The notes under the pieces were generated by a model. That model saw only the letters and a program-made list of their open reading frames with translations. It did no database searches and had not been told where the DNA came from. A stretch of DNA of 64,000 nt, taken from Polyangiales bacterium. GTDB taxonomy: Bacteria > Myxococcota_A > Polyangia > Polyangiales > Polyangiaceae. Position numbers and translations under genes: made by a program. The stretch lies in assembly GCA_038230375.1 (NCBI GenBank), contig JBBRNJ010000004.1:146200-210199 (forward strand), written 5' to 3'. Shown here piece by piece: positions 18,650-29,540 of this stretch; position 1 is the first letter of the stretch, and every line of letters begins with the position of its first letter.

Positions 18650-18943
18650 ATGGTGAAGGTTGGATTGCTCGTGCGTCTCGTTGCGAAGGCTGGGAAGGAA
18701 GAGGAGGTGGGGGCGTTCCTCGCAAGCGCACTGCCGCTTGCGCGCGAAGAGGACAAGACGATCGTGTGGTACGCCATCCGCATCTCGAAGAGCGAGTTCG
18801 GGATCTTCGACGCGTTTGCGGCGGATGAAGGCCGACAGGCGCACCTCAAGGGGCCGATCGCGGCGGCGCTCATGGCGAAGGCTGGCGAGCTTCTCGCAGA
18901 GCCGCCCAAGATCGAGCAGGTCGAGGTTCTGGCCTCGAAGTAA
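18650..18943 (+). CDS. Antibiotic biosynthesis monooxygenase (ABM) family protein
   Basis: LVRLVAKAGKEEEV..FGIFDAFADEGRQAHL-like pattern; 97 aa. Confidence 0.85.
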   Translation: MVKVGLLVRLVAKAGKEEEVGAFLASALPLAREEDKTIVWYAIRISKSEFGIFDAFAADEGRQAHLKGPIAAALMAKAGELLAEPPKIEQVEVLASK

Positions 18944-19094
18944 ACTTGGGTCGATGCCCTTCTTCGCGTAGTCGACATCCGTGCAGTTCTTGCACACGTA
19001 TCCGCTCACGACCTGCACGGACGTAGGAACGGCGCCTCGCGGATAGCCTTGAGGGCCGGTGTCATCAACACCGACTTTGACGTACCATCGGTCC

Positions 19095-20633
19095 ATGCGT
19101 CTCCTCGCGCCTTCTCTCCTGGTCTGCCTCGCCGCTGTCGCGTGCTCTTCCAAGTCCGACAGCAAGCCCGCGTTCACGCCGCTCCCACCCGTGACGACCG
19201 CGGACGAGACGGACACTGTGACCCGCGCTGCCGCGCATGCACGACAGGTCTACAAGGCAGGGCCGAATCCATCCAACATCGACGGGCTCGCCACGTACGA
19301 GTCTGGCGGCTTTGGCGACGACGCGGCGGGGCCCGGTCAGAAGTACACGACCGTGGTGTTCGACGGCAGCGCGGCTCCGAAGGCCGGCCCGAACGCGAAG
19401 CGCCTGGTTCGCTTCGTCCACATGCCGGACCTGCAGCTCATGGACGACGAGTCCCCCACGCGGCTTGGCAGCTTCGACGCGGCGGACACCACGTCCTCCG
19501 CGCTGCGCCCGCAGGACGAGTTCGAGTGCCGCATCGTCAACGCCGCTGTGCGCACCGTGAACGCGTTGCATCGGAAGGATCCGATCGCGTTCCTGCTGCT
19601 CGGTGGCGACAACGCCGACAGCGCGCAAGGCAACGAGCACGACTGGGTGCTCGACATCCTGGGCGGCGCGGACAGCGTGAAGTGCGACTCCGGTGACCCC
19701 GACGATCCCGTGCCGGGACCCGACAACGACGGCAAGGATCCGTTCAAGGCCGAGGGCCTGGCCATACCGTTCAAGTGGGTGACCGGAAATCACGACGTGC
19801 TGGTGCAAGGCAACCTCAAGGTGGAGCCCGCGATCTCCATGAAGGCGCTCGGCACGGTCTCGGGCGGCGGCACCCGCGACTATTCGGCCGGGCAGGACGG
19901 CAATATCAACAAGGGAAACTTCGTGGTGGCCGATCCGAAGCGCGCGCTCCTCTCGCGCGCGGACCTCATGGCCAAGATCGCGGCGCACCAGGACGGACAC
20001 GGCGTGGGCCCCGAGCAGACCGCGAGCGGCAAGGCGATCTACACGTTCGACGTGGATGGCACGCAGCTCCGCTTCCTGGTGCTCGACACGGCCGCGGAGA
20101 CCGGCGGGGCCGACGGCATCCTGCACAAGGCAGACGTGGACAAGTACATCGCGCCCAAGCTGGACAAGGCCAAGGCGGACGGCAAGCTCGTCATCCTTGC
20201 GTCGCATCATGCGGTCGACTCGCTCACGATGGACGGCGGCGCATTCGGCAGCGCGCAGCCCGATGCGTTGCTCGCCGCGGACTGGACCAAGATCCTTGCT
20301 GCGTATCCGAACGTGATCTTCAGCATGGTCGGACACACCCACCGGCATCGCATCCAGAAGGTGCAGACCGACGCGACCCACGGCTTCTTCGAGGTGATGA
20401 CCTCGGCGATCGCGGACTACCCGCACGAGTTCCGCGTCGTTTCGATCTTCGACCAGGACAACGGCTATCTCATGCTGCGCGGCACGGTCACCGACTACTC
20501 CGTCGAGAATGATCCCGTCGCCGCCGAGGGTCTGCGCCGCGGCATCATCGACTACACGTCTGGATACGCGCCCGACATCGGCCCCGGCCAGCCTGGCGAC
20601 CGCAACGTGGAGCTCTGGGTCAAGAAGCCCTGA
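19095..20633 (+). CDS. Calcineurin-like metallophosphoesterase lipoprotein
   Basis: AVAC lipobox; DLQ..D.ESP.R, GGDNAD, GNHD, ASHH, GHTH motifs. Confidence 0.85.
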   Translation: MRLLAPSLLVCLAAVACSSKSDSKPAFTPLPPVTTADETDTVTRAAAHARQVYKAGPNPSNIDGLATYESGGFGDDAAGPGQKYTTVVFDGSAAPKAGPNAKRLVRFVHMPDLQLMDDESPTRLGSFDAADTTSSALRPQDEFECRIVNAAVRTVNALHRKDPIAFLLLGGDNADSAQGNEHDWVLDILGGADSVKCDSGDPDDPVPGPDNDGKDPFKAEGLAIPFKWVTGNHDVLVQGNLKVEPAISMKALGTVSGGGTRDYSAGQDGNINKGNFVVADPKRALLSRADLMAKIAAHQDGHGVGPEQTASGKAIYTFDVDGTQLRFLVLDTAAETGGADGILHKADVDKYIAPKLDKAKADGKLVILASHHAVDSLTMDGGAFGSAQPDALLAADWTKILAAYPNVIFSMVGHTHRHRIQKVQTDATHGFFEVMTSAIADYPHEFRVVSIFDQDNGYLMLRGTVTDYSVENDPVAAEGLRRGIIDYTSGYAPDIGPGQPGDRNVELWVKKP

Positions 20634-20639
20634 AGACCA

Positions 20640-21395
20640 TCAGCGGCACGTGTCCGCAGCGGAGGGCTCCGGCAAAGCGGCCTTGCACTTCATCGGATAC
20701 GGCGCGTTTTCACCCTCTCCCGTGAGCTCGCACGTCGCGCCCGCGACACACGCGGCGCTGCCAATGAAGGAGCCGCAGTCGGCGCCGATCTGCAACGTCG
20801 CTGGCTGACACGTGCGACCGTCCTCGATGCAGAAGAGACCAGATGCGCACGCGCGATCGTCGCACGTGTCGCCAAGCCTCGCGTCGCCGGGGGCAACGCA
20901 GATGCCGCGCTCGCAGGGCGCACCTCCAGCGCAACCGCCGGGGTACGTGTCACACGCGCCGCCAGACCGTCCACGCGGGACACAGACACCGACGCTCGGA
21001 TCGTTGGCGCGGTGGTCGAGCGCACAATAGAGCTCGTCGTCGCAGTCGAATGATCCGCCCTTTGGCTCGAGCGTGCAGCGACCACCGCTGACCTTCTTGG
21101 TCGTCTTGCACACGCCGCTCTCGCAGGTCGCGGACCGACTGCACGCAGTGAGCGGCTCATCGCATCGCTCGCCAAGGAGCCGCAGCTCGAGGCACACGCC
21201 GCATGTGCCCCACTGATCAGAGCTGCATCGACCGCCGCACTGCCGATCGTAAGTGCAGGCGCCGCCCCTGCTGCGGATGCCGAGCGCGGTAACGTCGCCT
21301 GGCGCATCGGCGCTTGGTCGGATCTCGCCGCACGCGGACAGGATGGAGATCGAAGCGAGGAGCAGGGAGAACAACGAGGGGCAGAGGATGCGCAT
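20640..21395 (-). CDS. Cys-rich repeat lipoprotein
   Basis: ILSAC lipobox; repeated G-x-x-C...C..GL.C units. Confidence 0.75.
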   Translation of the reverse strand: MRILCPSLFSLLLASISILSACGEIRPSADAPGDVTALGIRSRGGACTYDRQCGGRCSSDQWGTCGVCLELRLLGERCDEPLTACSRSATCESGVCKTTKKVSGGRCTLEPKGGSFDCDDELYCALDHRANDPSVGVCVPRGRSGGACDTYPGGCAGGAPCERGICVAPGDARLGDTCDDRACASGLFCIEDGRTCQPATLQIGADCGSFIGSAACVAGATCELTGEGENAPYPMKCKAALPEPSAADTCR

Positions 21396-21407
21396 GCCCA
21401 ACGCGCG

Positions 21408-21423
21408 TGCAGCCCTCGCGCCA
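21408..21423 (-). promoter_or_regulatory. Putative sigma-54 promoter (near-leaderless)
   Basis: TGGCGCGAGGGCTGCA = GG-N10-GC, with the -12 C 14 nt before ATG 21395. Confidence 0.6.
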
Positions 21424-21462
21424 TGCACGGATTTGACCGGATTCCTCTTTCCAGGGCCGTCG

Positions 21463-21635
21463 AGTTACCACCGCCGGGCGCTGCAGTTACCACCGTCTGA
21501 ACACGCCTCCGGTGGTTACCCGTGAAATGGTAACTATAGGGACCTGCCGTCATCTAACATAACGTAATTGTGGGTATGACGGCGGTGGCCCGGTTGTCGC
21601 TTGATTGACCCTGAGGTGAATGGGAAATGGTAACT
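21463..21635. promoter_or_regulatory. Cluster of AGTTACCA boxes, candidate upstream activator sequences
   Basis: AGTTACCACCG at 21463 and 21485; inverted near-copy CGGTGGTTAC at 21510; GAAATGGTAACT at 21524 and 21624; region is AT-rich. Confidence 0.6.
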
Positions 21636-21688
21636 CTTGGTGCGACGGGGGCGATCGAGCCCTCCCAAACAGGAGGCGCGCCGGGCGC

Positions 21689-24600
21689 ATGATCGAGCAC
21701 CCTCGCTACGAGCCGTTCGAGGTCCTCGGAGAGGGCGCGCAGGGGCTCGTCGTCCGCGTGATGGATCGCGAGGCCCCGAACCGCGCGCTCGTCGCGAAGG
21801 TGTGGAAACCCGGGTCGTTCGAGCCGGGCCTCCTGGAGGCGGAGTTCGCGCTCCTTGCGCGGCGTCGCGTGAGCGGCCTTGTCCGCGCGCACGATCTCGG
21901 GCGCGACACGAAGACCGGAGCGCCGTTCCTGGTGGAGGATTTCGTTGCGGGAGAGGACTTCGCGGAGCACCTCGCGGGTGCGTCGCGTTCTCCGGAGGTC
22001 GGCACGCGAAGACTGGCCTCGGTGCTTCGCGACACCGCGTGCACCCTGGCGTCGCTGCACGCTGCGGGGTTCGTTCATGGCGACATCAAGCCGGCGCACG
22101 TGCGCATGAGAACCGGCCCGGATGGCCAGCCCGCGGGCGCGGTGCTGCTCGACCTGGGAGCGGCGCTCCAGACGCGCGACCCGAAGGCAAGCGCCGTGGC
22201 ACTCACGCGCGCATACGCCGCACCGGAGGTGATCGCGGGAAGCACCCCCAGCGTCGCGAGCGATCTGTACTCACTCGGCGCATCGGCGTGGTCGGCAGCC
22301 ACTGGCGCGCCGCCAGGGGCGATGGGCCCGGAGCGCGGCGGCCTGCGTGATCGAGCGCCATGGGTCCCGCCAAGTCTCGCTGCGATCATCGAGAGGCTCG
22401 TCGCGCTCCATCCATCGGACAGGTTTGGCACTGCCGAAGAGCTGCTCTCCGCGCTGTCCACGCTGAGCGCGTTTCTCGTTCACCGCGCACCGGGAGACAT
22501 GGCGTACGCCACGCTCTTCGGACGCGAAGACCAGCTCGCGGAGCTGTTGCGAACGGACGGCGTGCCCAGCGTTCGCTGGGTCACCGGCCCCGCTGGGTCC
22601 GGCAAGAGCCACCTCCTTCGCGAGGCGATGACGCGTGCGTTGCTCTCGGGACGCGCCGCACGCCTGATGGAGCTGCCCACACACGATCCGAGCACCGTGC
22701 TGCGCCTGGTGCGCTTTCTGCGCGGCGAAGAAGCTGCGTGGCCGTTCGCATCTACGCCCATGCTCCTCCTCGTGGACGGCATCGAGGACGCGCCAAGAGA
22801 TCTTGCGTCCGCGCTGGACGCCTACGCATGCCGCGTGGAGCGCGCACGCGACGTTGCGATCGTCGTATCCGCGCGCCACGAGCGCGACGGTGCGATCTCT
22901 CTTGGGCCGCTGGCGACCGACGCGTTCCACGCCCTCGCTGGCTCGCTTGGCGTGTCATCGCCAACCGGCCTCGCGGACCTTGCGCGCGCGTCCGAGCGCT
23001 GGCCGGGGTGGGCCGTGGCTGCGCGCGCAGGCATGCCCATCCAGCGGGACGCTGTCCTTGCACGCGCGCGCAGCCTGTCTTCCGCGGCCCGGGAGCTGCT
23101 CTGCCTGGTGTCATTCTGGGGCGGCGCCACGCCGCGCGCAGTGTGCGTAGCTTCCTCCAGTGATGCACCGAGCGCCCTCGGCGAGCTCATCGCGGCGAGC
23201 CTTCTCTGCCGCAGGGGGGAGTCCGACGTGGCGCTCACGTCACCAGCGCTCGCGGACGCGCTCGCTGCAGCGCTCGCCACGCAGGAGCTATGCGATCACG
23301 CCGCGGAGCTGCTGCTCTCGCGACCCGAGCAGGAAGTGATTCCGATGCTTCGCGTCGCCACCGCGATGCCACCGCCACGAAGGCATGCAGAGCTGCTGTC
23401 TGCCGCAGCGGTCCTGGCACGCGAACAAGGGCTGGCCGCGGAAGAGACGGACGCGCACCTGGCGCTGCTGGACGCGTCGGAGCACCGCACGGCCGCACGC
23501 CTCACCCGCGCCGAACGACTCACCCGCGACGCGGGGCGCAAGGCGGCGCACCAGCGCGTCAGCGAGTGGCTGTGGGATCTCGCGCGGACCGACGCGAGCG
23601 TGCTGTCGCTCGCGCTGCGACGCAAGGCAGAGAAGCTGGGCCGGGAGGGCGACTACGCCAGCGCGCTCCGCGATGTCGAAGAGGCGAGGGCGCGCGCCGA
23701 TGACCGGTCCGACGCCGCATCCACCGGCTATGCGCTGGCCACGCGCGGCGCGATTCACCTCTACGCGGGCAACGGCGCCCTTGCCGAGGAGGCGCTGGAG
23801 CAGGCGCGCGCCACCCTCACTCTTGTCGCGGACCCCGACGCCGAGGAGATGGCGCGGCTCGACCACAATCTTGGCGCGGCGCTCCTGTACAGGAACGAGC
23901 CCGCGAAGGCCGCGGAGGCTCTCACGCGCTCGCTTGCAGCAAAACGAAGCCTCTCGGACCTCGCGGGCGTGCGCTCGTGCCTCATGAACCTGGGCATTGC
24001 GCGTAGCAAGGCAAGGGCATGGGATGCGGCCGAAGAGGCGCTTGTCGAGGCGACGCAGCTCGCGGCGGTGCTCGGGCAGGCCGGCGGGCTCGCGTGGTGC
24101 TGGGTCGAGCGCGCGGAGCTGTCGCTTCGTCGCGGTCGCACGGCAGAGGCGGCGCGCTTCGCGGCGGAGGCGCTCGCGCGGAAGAGCGCGCTGCCAGGCG
24201 GCGTGATCGCGGACCTGTCGCTCCTGCGGGCCGAGATCGCGCTCGCGCAGGGGCGCGGGGACCTTGCAAACCTGGTACTTGCAGAGCTGTCACCCGACAC
24301 GCGCGCGGAGGACGCGGGCGTCGATGCACGCGCGTGGCTCTGCGAGAGTCGCATTGGCCTTGGGTCGTTGCCCGTTCGCAGACGATCAGCCTCGCGCTCC
24401 GCTGCTCGCGCTATGCGCCGCGCTCGAGAGGCCAACGACGACGAGCTCTTCGAAAGAGCACGCGACGTTCTCCTCGGCATCCGCGGCACTGCAACGAAGC
24501 CCACGACAGCTTCAGCGACCATCACCACAAACACCACGAGAGCCGCGCCCATGGATGACACACTCTGGGATCTACTTGCCCGCCTCACCGCCGCAGACTC

Positions 24601-26071
24601 CGCGGACGCCGCGGCGCACGTCTTTCTCGCAGCGCTCGCCCGCGAATCGAAGGCCGAGCGCACGTTCCTGATCGTGCGCGGCCCGCGCGACGCACGCGAT
24701 CAGATCGGCACGGTATGGGGCATGGACGCGGATGGCCTGCCTCTCGATCAGCCAGAGCAGAGATTGCCCATGGGCATCGTGCTCGCCGCGCAAGACAGCG
24801 AGGGTCCGATCTATGAGCGTGATGTCGACAATGGCGTCGGGCGCGGAGCACGTCTGGCGTTTGCGCGCAGACACGCGGAGATCGTCATGGAGCATCGGTT
24901 CGTGCCCGGTCGCTTCGACGCCACGGAGCCCACGGATCTGTCGCGCTGGCTGGCGCTCGCTGGCGTGGTCGTTCTCATGGCCTCGCGACCCTCGGCCCAC
25001 GCCGTTGTTCCCTCCACCGCGACCGGCGCCGTGTCAGACGCGCGAAGCATGGCCCAGTCACGGCCATGGAGCGAGCCCGCGTTCGACGACAGCACCGTGA
25101 ACCCGAAGCGCGCGGTGCGGCGGGAATTTCGCGAGATCCGTGGACAGAGCGCCGTGCTGGAGCGCGCGCTCGCACGGCTGGACACGGCGATCGACAGCGA
25201 GCTCCCCGCGCTGGTCACGGGGGAGACGGGCGTGGGCAAGGAGCTCTTCTCGCGCGCCATCCACGAGCTGGGGCCACGCGCGCGCGGGCCATTCGTACCC
25301 GTGAACTGCGCCGCGATCCCCGACAACCTGTTCGAGGCAGAGCTCTTTGGTCACGCGCGCGGCGCGTTCACGGGCGCCGATCGCGCGCGCGCCGGTCTCC
25401 TTGCGAAGGCGGAGGGCGGCACGTTGCTCCTGGACGAGGTGGGCGAGCTCGCTCCCGCACGCCAGGCCTCGCTGCTCCGCGTGCTGGAGAGCCGCCGCTA
25501 CCGCCCCGTGGGCAGCGACGAGGAGCGCGCGTTCGACGTTCGCATCGTGGCCGCCACCAACCGTGATCTCGCCGAGGCTGTGGAGCACGGCACGTTCCGC
25601 AGCGACCTCTTGTACCGCCTACGCGTGCTCGACATCCGCGTGCCGCCACTGCGTGAGCGCGAAGGCGACGTGCCGCTCCTGGCGCGACACTTCCTCTCCG
25701 TCGCGAAGAGCCAGACGGAGCTCACGCCGCGCGCGCTAGCTGCGCTGTCCGCGTATGCATGGCCCGGCAACGTGCGCGAGCTGTCGCACCAGATGCAGCG
25801 CATCGCGGCGCTGGGGGTCCCGCTCTGCGACGTGATGCATCTGTCGCGCGAGATCCGCGCTGCGATCCCCGCGGGCGCGAAGGCGACGCAGGGCAAGCGC
25901 GTTGAGCATGAGGCGCAGGGCGAGCAAGCGGAGGTCCTTCGCGCGATGGAGCTCGAGGGCGGCAACATCACGCGCGCGGCCGCGCGTCTGGGGCTCACGC
26001 GACACGGCCTGAAGAAGAAAATGCTGCGATTGGGGTTGCGCGCCAAGCTCGGCGTGCAAGGTTCAGGGTGA
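21689..26071 (+). CDS. Ser/Thr kinase - P-loop ATPase - TPR - sigma-54 activator (AAA+/Fis HTH) fusion
   Basis: [35 protein letters not shown]-like helices; [34 protein letters not shown]. Confidence 0.9.
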   Translation: MIEHPRYEPFEVLGEGAQGLVVRVMDREAPNRALVAKVWKPGSFEPGLLEAEFALLARRRVSGLVRAHDLGRDTKTGAPFLVEDFVAGEDFAEHLAGASRSPEVGTRRLASVLRDTACTLASLHAAGFVHGDIKPAHVRMRTGPDGQPAGAVLLDLGAALQTRDPKASAVALTRAYAAPEVIAGSTPSVASDLYSLGASAWSAATGAPPGAMGPERGGLRDRAPWVPPSLAAIIERLVALHPSDRFGTAEELLSALSTLSAFLVHRAPGDMAYATLFGREDQLAELLRTDGVPSVRWVTGPAGSGKSHLLREAMTRALLSGRAARLMELPTHDPSTVLRLVRFLRGEEAAWPFASTPMLLLVDGIEDAPRDLASALDAYACRVERARDVAIVVSARHERDGAISLGPLATDAFHALAGSLGVSSPTGLADLARASERWPGWAVAARAGMPIQRDAVLARARSLSSAARELLCLVSFWGGATPRAVCVASSSDAPSALGELIAASLLCRRGESDVALTSPALADALAAALATQELCDHAAELLLSRPEQEVIPMLRVATAMPPPRRHAELLSAAAVLAREQGLAAEETDAHLALLDASEHRTAARLTRAERLTRDAGRKAAHQRVSEWLWDLARTDASVLSLALRRKAEKLGREGDYASALRDVEEARARADDRSDAASTGYALATRGAIHLYAGNGALAEEALEQARATLTLVADPDAEEMARLDHNLGAALLYRNEPAKAAEALTRSLAAKRSLSDLAGVRSCLMNLGIARSKARAWDAAEEALVEATQLAAVLGQAGGLAWCWVERAELSLRRGRTAEAARFAAEALARKSALPGGVIADLSLLRAEIALAQGRGDLANLVLAELSPDTRAEDAGVDARAWLCESRIGLGSLPVRRRSASRSAARAMRRAREANDDELFERARDVLLGIRGTATKPTTASATITTNTTRAAPMDDTLWDLLARLTAADSADAAAHVFLAALARESKAERTFLIVRGPRDARDQIGTVWGMDADGLPLDQPEQRLPMGIVLAAQDSEGPIYERDVDNGVGRGARLAFARRHAEIVMEHRFVPGRFDATEPTDLSRWLALAGVVVLMASRPSAHAVVPSTATGAVSDARSMAQSRPWSEPAFDDSTVNPKRAVRREFREIRGQSAVLERALARLDTAIDSELPALVTGETGVGKELFSRAIHELGPRARGPFVPVNCAAIPDNLFEAELFGHARGAFTGADRARAGLLAKAEGGTLLLDEVGELAPARQASLLRVLESRRYRPVGSDEERAFDVRIVAATNRDLAEAVEHGTFRSDLLYRLRVLDIRVPPLREREGDVPLLARHFLSVAKSQTELTPRALAALSAYAWPGNVRELSHQMQRIAALGVPLCDVMHLSREIRAAIPAGAKATQGKRVEHEAQGEQAEVLRAMELEGGNITRAAARLGLTRHGLKKKMLRLGLRAKLGVQGSG

Positions 26072-27246
26072 GCTTCATGCGTCTTTCATCCACCATCTTC
26101 CCTGCCCTGCTTTTCCTGGCAGGCGCGCCGCTCGCCTGCGGCGGACACACTAGCAACGGCGACGGTAGTGGAACGGGCGACGCAGGTGCGAGCGGTGACG
26201 GCGCGGCAGGGCCTGGCGCATTCGTGTCGACGAACCCCGGTCCCGAGCCGTCGTGCCTGACCATCGGCGCGCCCGCCAACGTCTCGCAGGACGATCTCTA
26301 CGGATATCCGCCCTACGCCGCGTACGGGTGCAGACTCGTCTACGTCCGTGCAGACACGGGCGCGCTGGTCCTCCGAGACCTGGCGACCGGCGTCGAGAAG
26401 GAGATCGCCCCGTCATCAGAGCACCCGGAGCGGCCCACCGTCTCCGCCGACGTCGTCGCATGGCAAGGGAACGGCGCGTCCGGCTCTCCCGAGGTACATG
26501 TACTCTACAACGACAAGACCGTGGCGTTGTCCTCCGCGTTCGGCACCACGAAAGGCCACGCGTTCGATCACGCAGGCGAGCCGCGCACGGCCAACGGGGT
26601 CGTCGTGTTCACGGCCTGGACCGCCGTGGCAGACACCAGCGACACCGACGTGCTCCTCTACCGCGCCGCCGACGACGCGCTCGTGGTGGTCGCAGGCGGC
26701 CCCGCTCAGCAGCGGTTCGCGGACGTGAGCGAAGGGAAGATCGCCGTCACCGACTTCATCGAAGATCCCGACGGCACCTTCAACGAGAACGACGCGGACC
26801 TGGCCGACATCGGCATCCTCGATCGCGCGAGCGGCATCTACGCGCTGCGAAAGAGCCCCGGAAAGGACGCCTTCCCCGTGCTTGTCTCGGACGACGCGCT
26901 CGGCTTCTTGCACTGGGGCGATCACCGACCCGAGCCCAAGTTCCAGGCGTTCGCAGTGATGGGCGCGGCGCTCGCGCTCCCGCCATCGTCGGACAAGCTC
27001 CTGTCCGACGTCTCGACAAACATCTTCATCCGGCCGAGCGGCCGCTATGGAGAGCTGTTCTGGGTCACGCAGAGCATGACCGACGGCACGTACGCCCTGA
27101 ACCATTCGAAGACCGACGGCTCGCAGGCGCCAGCGGCGGTCTCGAACCTCGGTGGTGCGCTCGGCGCGCCGGCATCTGCGAAGGCATTCACGCTGGTCGC
27201 CGTTCAGACCGGAACTTTGCAGTCGCTGCATGCAGTTCCTCGATGA
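26068..27246 (+). CDS. Hypothetical beta-rich (propeller-like) lipoprotein
   Basis: PLAC lipobox; GTGA overlap with the upstream stop; short beta-strand repeats. Confidence 0.7.
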   Translation: MSFMRLSSTIFPALLFLAGAPLACGGHTSNGDGSGTGDAGASGDGAAGPGAFVSTNPGPEPSCLTIGAPANVSQDDLYGYPPYAAYGCRLVYVRADTGALVLRDLATGVEKEIAPSSEHPERPTVSADVVAWQGNGASGSPEVHVLYNDKTVALSSAFGTTKGHAFDHAGEPRTANGVVVFTAWTAVADTSDTDVLLYRAADDALVVVAGGPAQQRFADVSEGKIAVTDFIEDPDGTFNENDADLADIGILDRASGIYALRKSPGKDAFPVLVSDDALGFLHWGDHRPEPKFQAFAVMGAALALPPSSDKLLSDVSTNIFIRPSGRYGELFWVTQSMTDGTYALNHSKTDGSQAPAAVSNLGGALGAPASAKAFTLVAVQTGTLQSLHAVPR

Positions 27247-27432
27247 GCACGCGCGAAAGGGGCGGGGTCGCCTTTGACATGACCACCGCGCATGCTACGA
27301 GCGAGTACCGATGATGATCGCCTCTGTTGCCGCTGCCACTTTCGCCATGGTCGATCCCCGCGAGGGTGTGCCCTGGCTGAGCGTGCTCTGGCCGTTGAAC
27401 CCGTGATCGCGGAGCCGTCGGAGCGGTAGGGC

Positions 27433-28629
27433 ATGGCCGGCTTCGCCAAGGATCGCCTGGCGAGGATGCACGACGTCCTCGCAGGCTACGTGGAGCGCAA
27501 GGAGATGCCAGGCCTGGTTGCGCTCGTCGCGAGCCAAGGCGAAGAGCGTCTCGAGGCGATCGGCAAGATCTCGCACGACAGCAACACCAGCATGAGCGAG
27601 CGGACCATCTTCCGCATCGCGTCCATGACGAAGCCAATCGCCGCCGTGGCCGCGATGATCCTGGTGGAGGAGTGCAAGCTTCGCCTGGACGACGCGGTGG
27701 ACCACCTCCTCCCCGAGCTCGCTGACCGGCGCGTGCTCACGCGGCTGGATGCGGAGCTCACGGACACGGTGCCCGCGAAGCGCGCGATCACGCTGCGCGA
27801 TCTCCTCACGTTCACCATGGGCCTGGGCCACGTGATGTTGCCGCCTGGCTCGGTGCCCATCCAGGCGAAGCTCGCGAACCCACGCATGTTCCAGGGCCCG
27901 CCGCGTCCCAGCGAGATCGCTGCACCGGACGAGTGGATTCGCCTCCTGGGCGAGCTCCCGCTCATTCATCAGCCCGGCGAAAACTGGATGTATCATACAA
28001 GCGCCGACGTGCTCACGGTGCTGATCGCGCGCGCGTCCGGAAAACCGTTCGACGTGTTCGTGCGCGAGCGCATCACCGACCCGCTGGGAATGAAGGACAC
28101 CGCCTTCTTCGTGCCTGCGCCAAAGGTGGACCGCTTCGCGACCAGCTACAGGCCCGCGCCGGACGGCGGGCTCATCGTCTTCGATCCCGCGCAGGACGGA
28201 GCCTGGAGCGCGCCTCCCGCGTTCGCGTCCGCAGGCGCCGGGCTCGTCTCCACGGCGATCGACCTGCATGCGTTCTCCACCATGATGCTGCGTGGTGGCT
28301 CGTACGGCAGCGCGCGGATCCTGTCGCGCGCGTCGATAGCGACCATGACGCGCGATCAGCTCTCGCACGCGCAGAAGGCTGGCAGCGGCCTGTATCCAGG
28401 GTTCTTCGATGGGCAAGGCTGGGGCTTTGGTATGTCCGTGGTGACTGCGCGCCGCGACATCGGGCGCACCGTGGGGACGTTTGGCTGGGACGGTGGGCTC
28501 GGCACATCCTGGTCGATGGACCCGACGGAGGAGATGATCACACTGCTCCTCACGCAGCGCGGCTGGACCTCACCTGTGCCGCCGAGCGTCACGCAGGACT
28601 TCCGGACGCTGGCGTACGCCGCGCTCTAG
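27433..28629 (+). CDS. Serine hydrolase, beta-lactamase-related family
   Basis: IFRIASMTK (SxxK), LRDLLTFTMG, PGENWMY, DPLGMKDT, FGWDGG. Confidence 0.9.
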   Translation: MAGFAKDRLARMHDVLAGYVERKEMPGLVALVASQGEERLEAIGKISHDSNTSMSERTIFRIASMTKPIAAVAAMILVEECKLRLDDAVDHLLPELADRRVLTRLDAELTDTVPAKRAITLRDLLTFTMGLGHVMLPPGSVPIQAKLANPRMFQGPPRPSEIAAPDEWIRLLGELPLIHQPGENWMYHTSADVLTVLIARASGKPFDVFVRERITDPLGMKDTAFFVPAPKVDRFATSYRPAPDGGLIVFDPAQDGAWSAPPAFASAGAGLVSTAIDLHAFSTMMLRGGSYGSARILSRASIATMTRDQLSHAQKAGSGLYPGFFDGQGWGFGMSVVTARRDIGRTVGTFGWDGGLGTSWSMDPTEEMITLLLTQRGWTSPVPPSVTQDFRTLAYAAL

Positions 28630-28746
28630 TTCGCTAGCTGCACGTCGCCGCCGACTGCCGCTCCGGCTCAGCGCCATTCCTGCGTTATGCGGAGGCGCTC
28701 CGGCCAGCACCCGCACGAAAGGCCTGCTTTCGCGGATCCACCGATG

Positions 28747-28762
28747 CGGCACCACTCATGCA
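28747..28762 (+). promoter_or_regulatory. Putative sigma-54 promoter of the three-lipoprotein operon
   Basis: CGGCACCACTCATGCA = GG-N10-GC; GGAGG RBS precedes ATG 28787. Confidence 0.55.
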
Positions 28763-28786
28763 CAACGGAGAAGCGGAGGTCGCAAC

Positions 28787-29041
28787 ATGCGGTTCTCGTT
28801 TCATCTGGCCGCGGCCCTGTCCCTGTTCGGCGTCGCCTGCGGCAATACGTATCATCCCGAATATCATCCAGAGACGTCGGTGCAGTACACGACGTCGAAC
28901 GCCAACCCGGTGCACGTGCAGACGGGCCAGGCGCAGCCGGTCTACGTGATGCAGCAGCCCACGCAAGGGCAGCCGCAGCAGCCGATGGTGCTGCCCGCAG
29001 CTCCTCCTCCCCCGACGCCACCAGAGGGATTCCCGTGGTGA
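28787..29041 (+). CDS. Small lipoprotein with YHPEYHP motif
   Basis: GVAC lipobox, GGAGG RBS, Gln/Pro-rich tail. Confidence 0.75.
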   Translation: MRFSFHLAAALSLFGVACGNTYHPEYHPETSVQYTTSNANPVHVQTGQAQPVYVMQQPTQGQPQQPMVLPAAPPPPTPPEGFPW

Positions 29042-29511
29042 GGAGGGCCGACGTCGCAGCGCTGTTCGTCACCGGCGCTGTTGCGCTCGGATGTGCGGGC
29101 TGCGCCAACGAGTACCATCCCGACTATCACCCCCAGAGCAGTTACGCGTACTCGTCGTCGGTGTCGTCGCCGGTGACGGTCTTCAACTCGGGGAATCAAT
29201 CGACGCCGTCGACCGTGTTCGGAACACCGAGCGTCAATCACAACGGCACGCGCGTGGACCCGGCGCGCGTGATGGTCCTGCAGGGCAAGCACCTCGATCG
29301 ACCTGCCGAGGTGGTGGGCGTGGTCGACGCGCACGAGGAGATGGGCAAGCACGAAGCGGCGCTGTGGACGCTGAAGACGAAGGCCGCCGCGATGGGCGCG
29401 GATGCTGTCGTGGGCGTGGAGTTCAATCACGGAGAAGGCTCGGGTGAGCCGACACATCTGTCGGGCCTGGCCGTGCGCTTTCTGCCGAGCGTCCCCTACC
29501 CGGTGGACTGA
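29038..29511 (+). CDS. Lipoprotein with YHPDYHP motif and YbjQ-like (putative metal-binding) domain
   Basis: GTGA overlap with the upstream stop; CAGC lipobox; LKTKAAAMGADAVVGVEF..LSGLAVRF. Confidence 0.7.
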   Translation: MRRADVAALFVTGAVALGCAGCANEYHPDYHPQSSYAYSSSVSSPVTVFNSGNQSTPSTVFGTPSVNHNGTRVDPARVMVLQGKHLDRPAEVVGVVDAHEEMGKHEAALWTLKTKAAAMGADAVVGVEFNHGEGSGEPTHLSGLAVRFLPSVPYPVD

Positions 29512-29540
29512 GACGAAAACCATTGGAGGAGTGAGATCAC

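Noticed and set aside
27433..28629. Beta-lactam resistance gene
   Set aside because: SxxK fold present, but no signal peptide and YHT instead of YxN; more consistent with a cytoplasmic esterase-type hydrolase.
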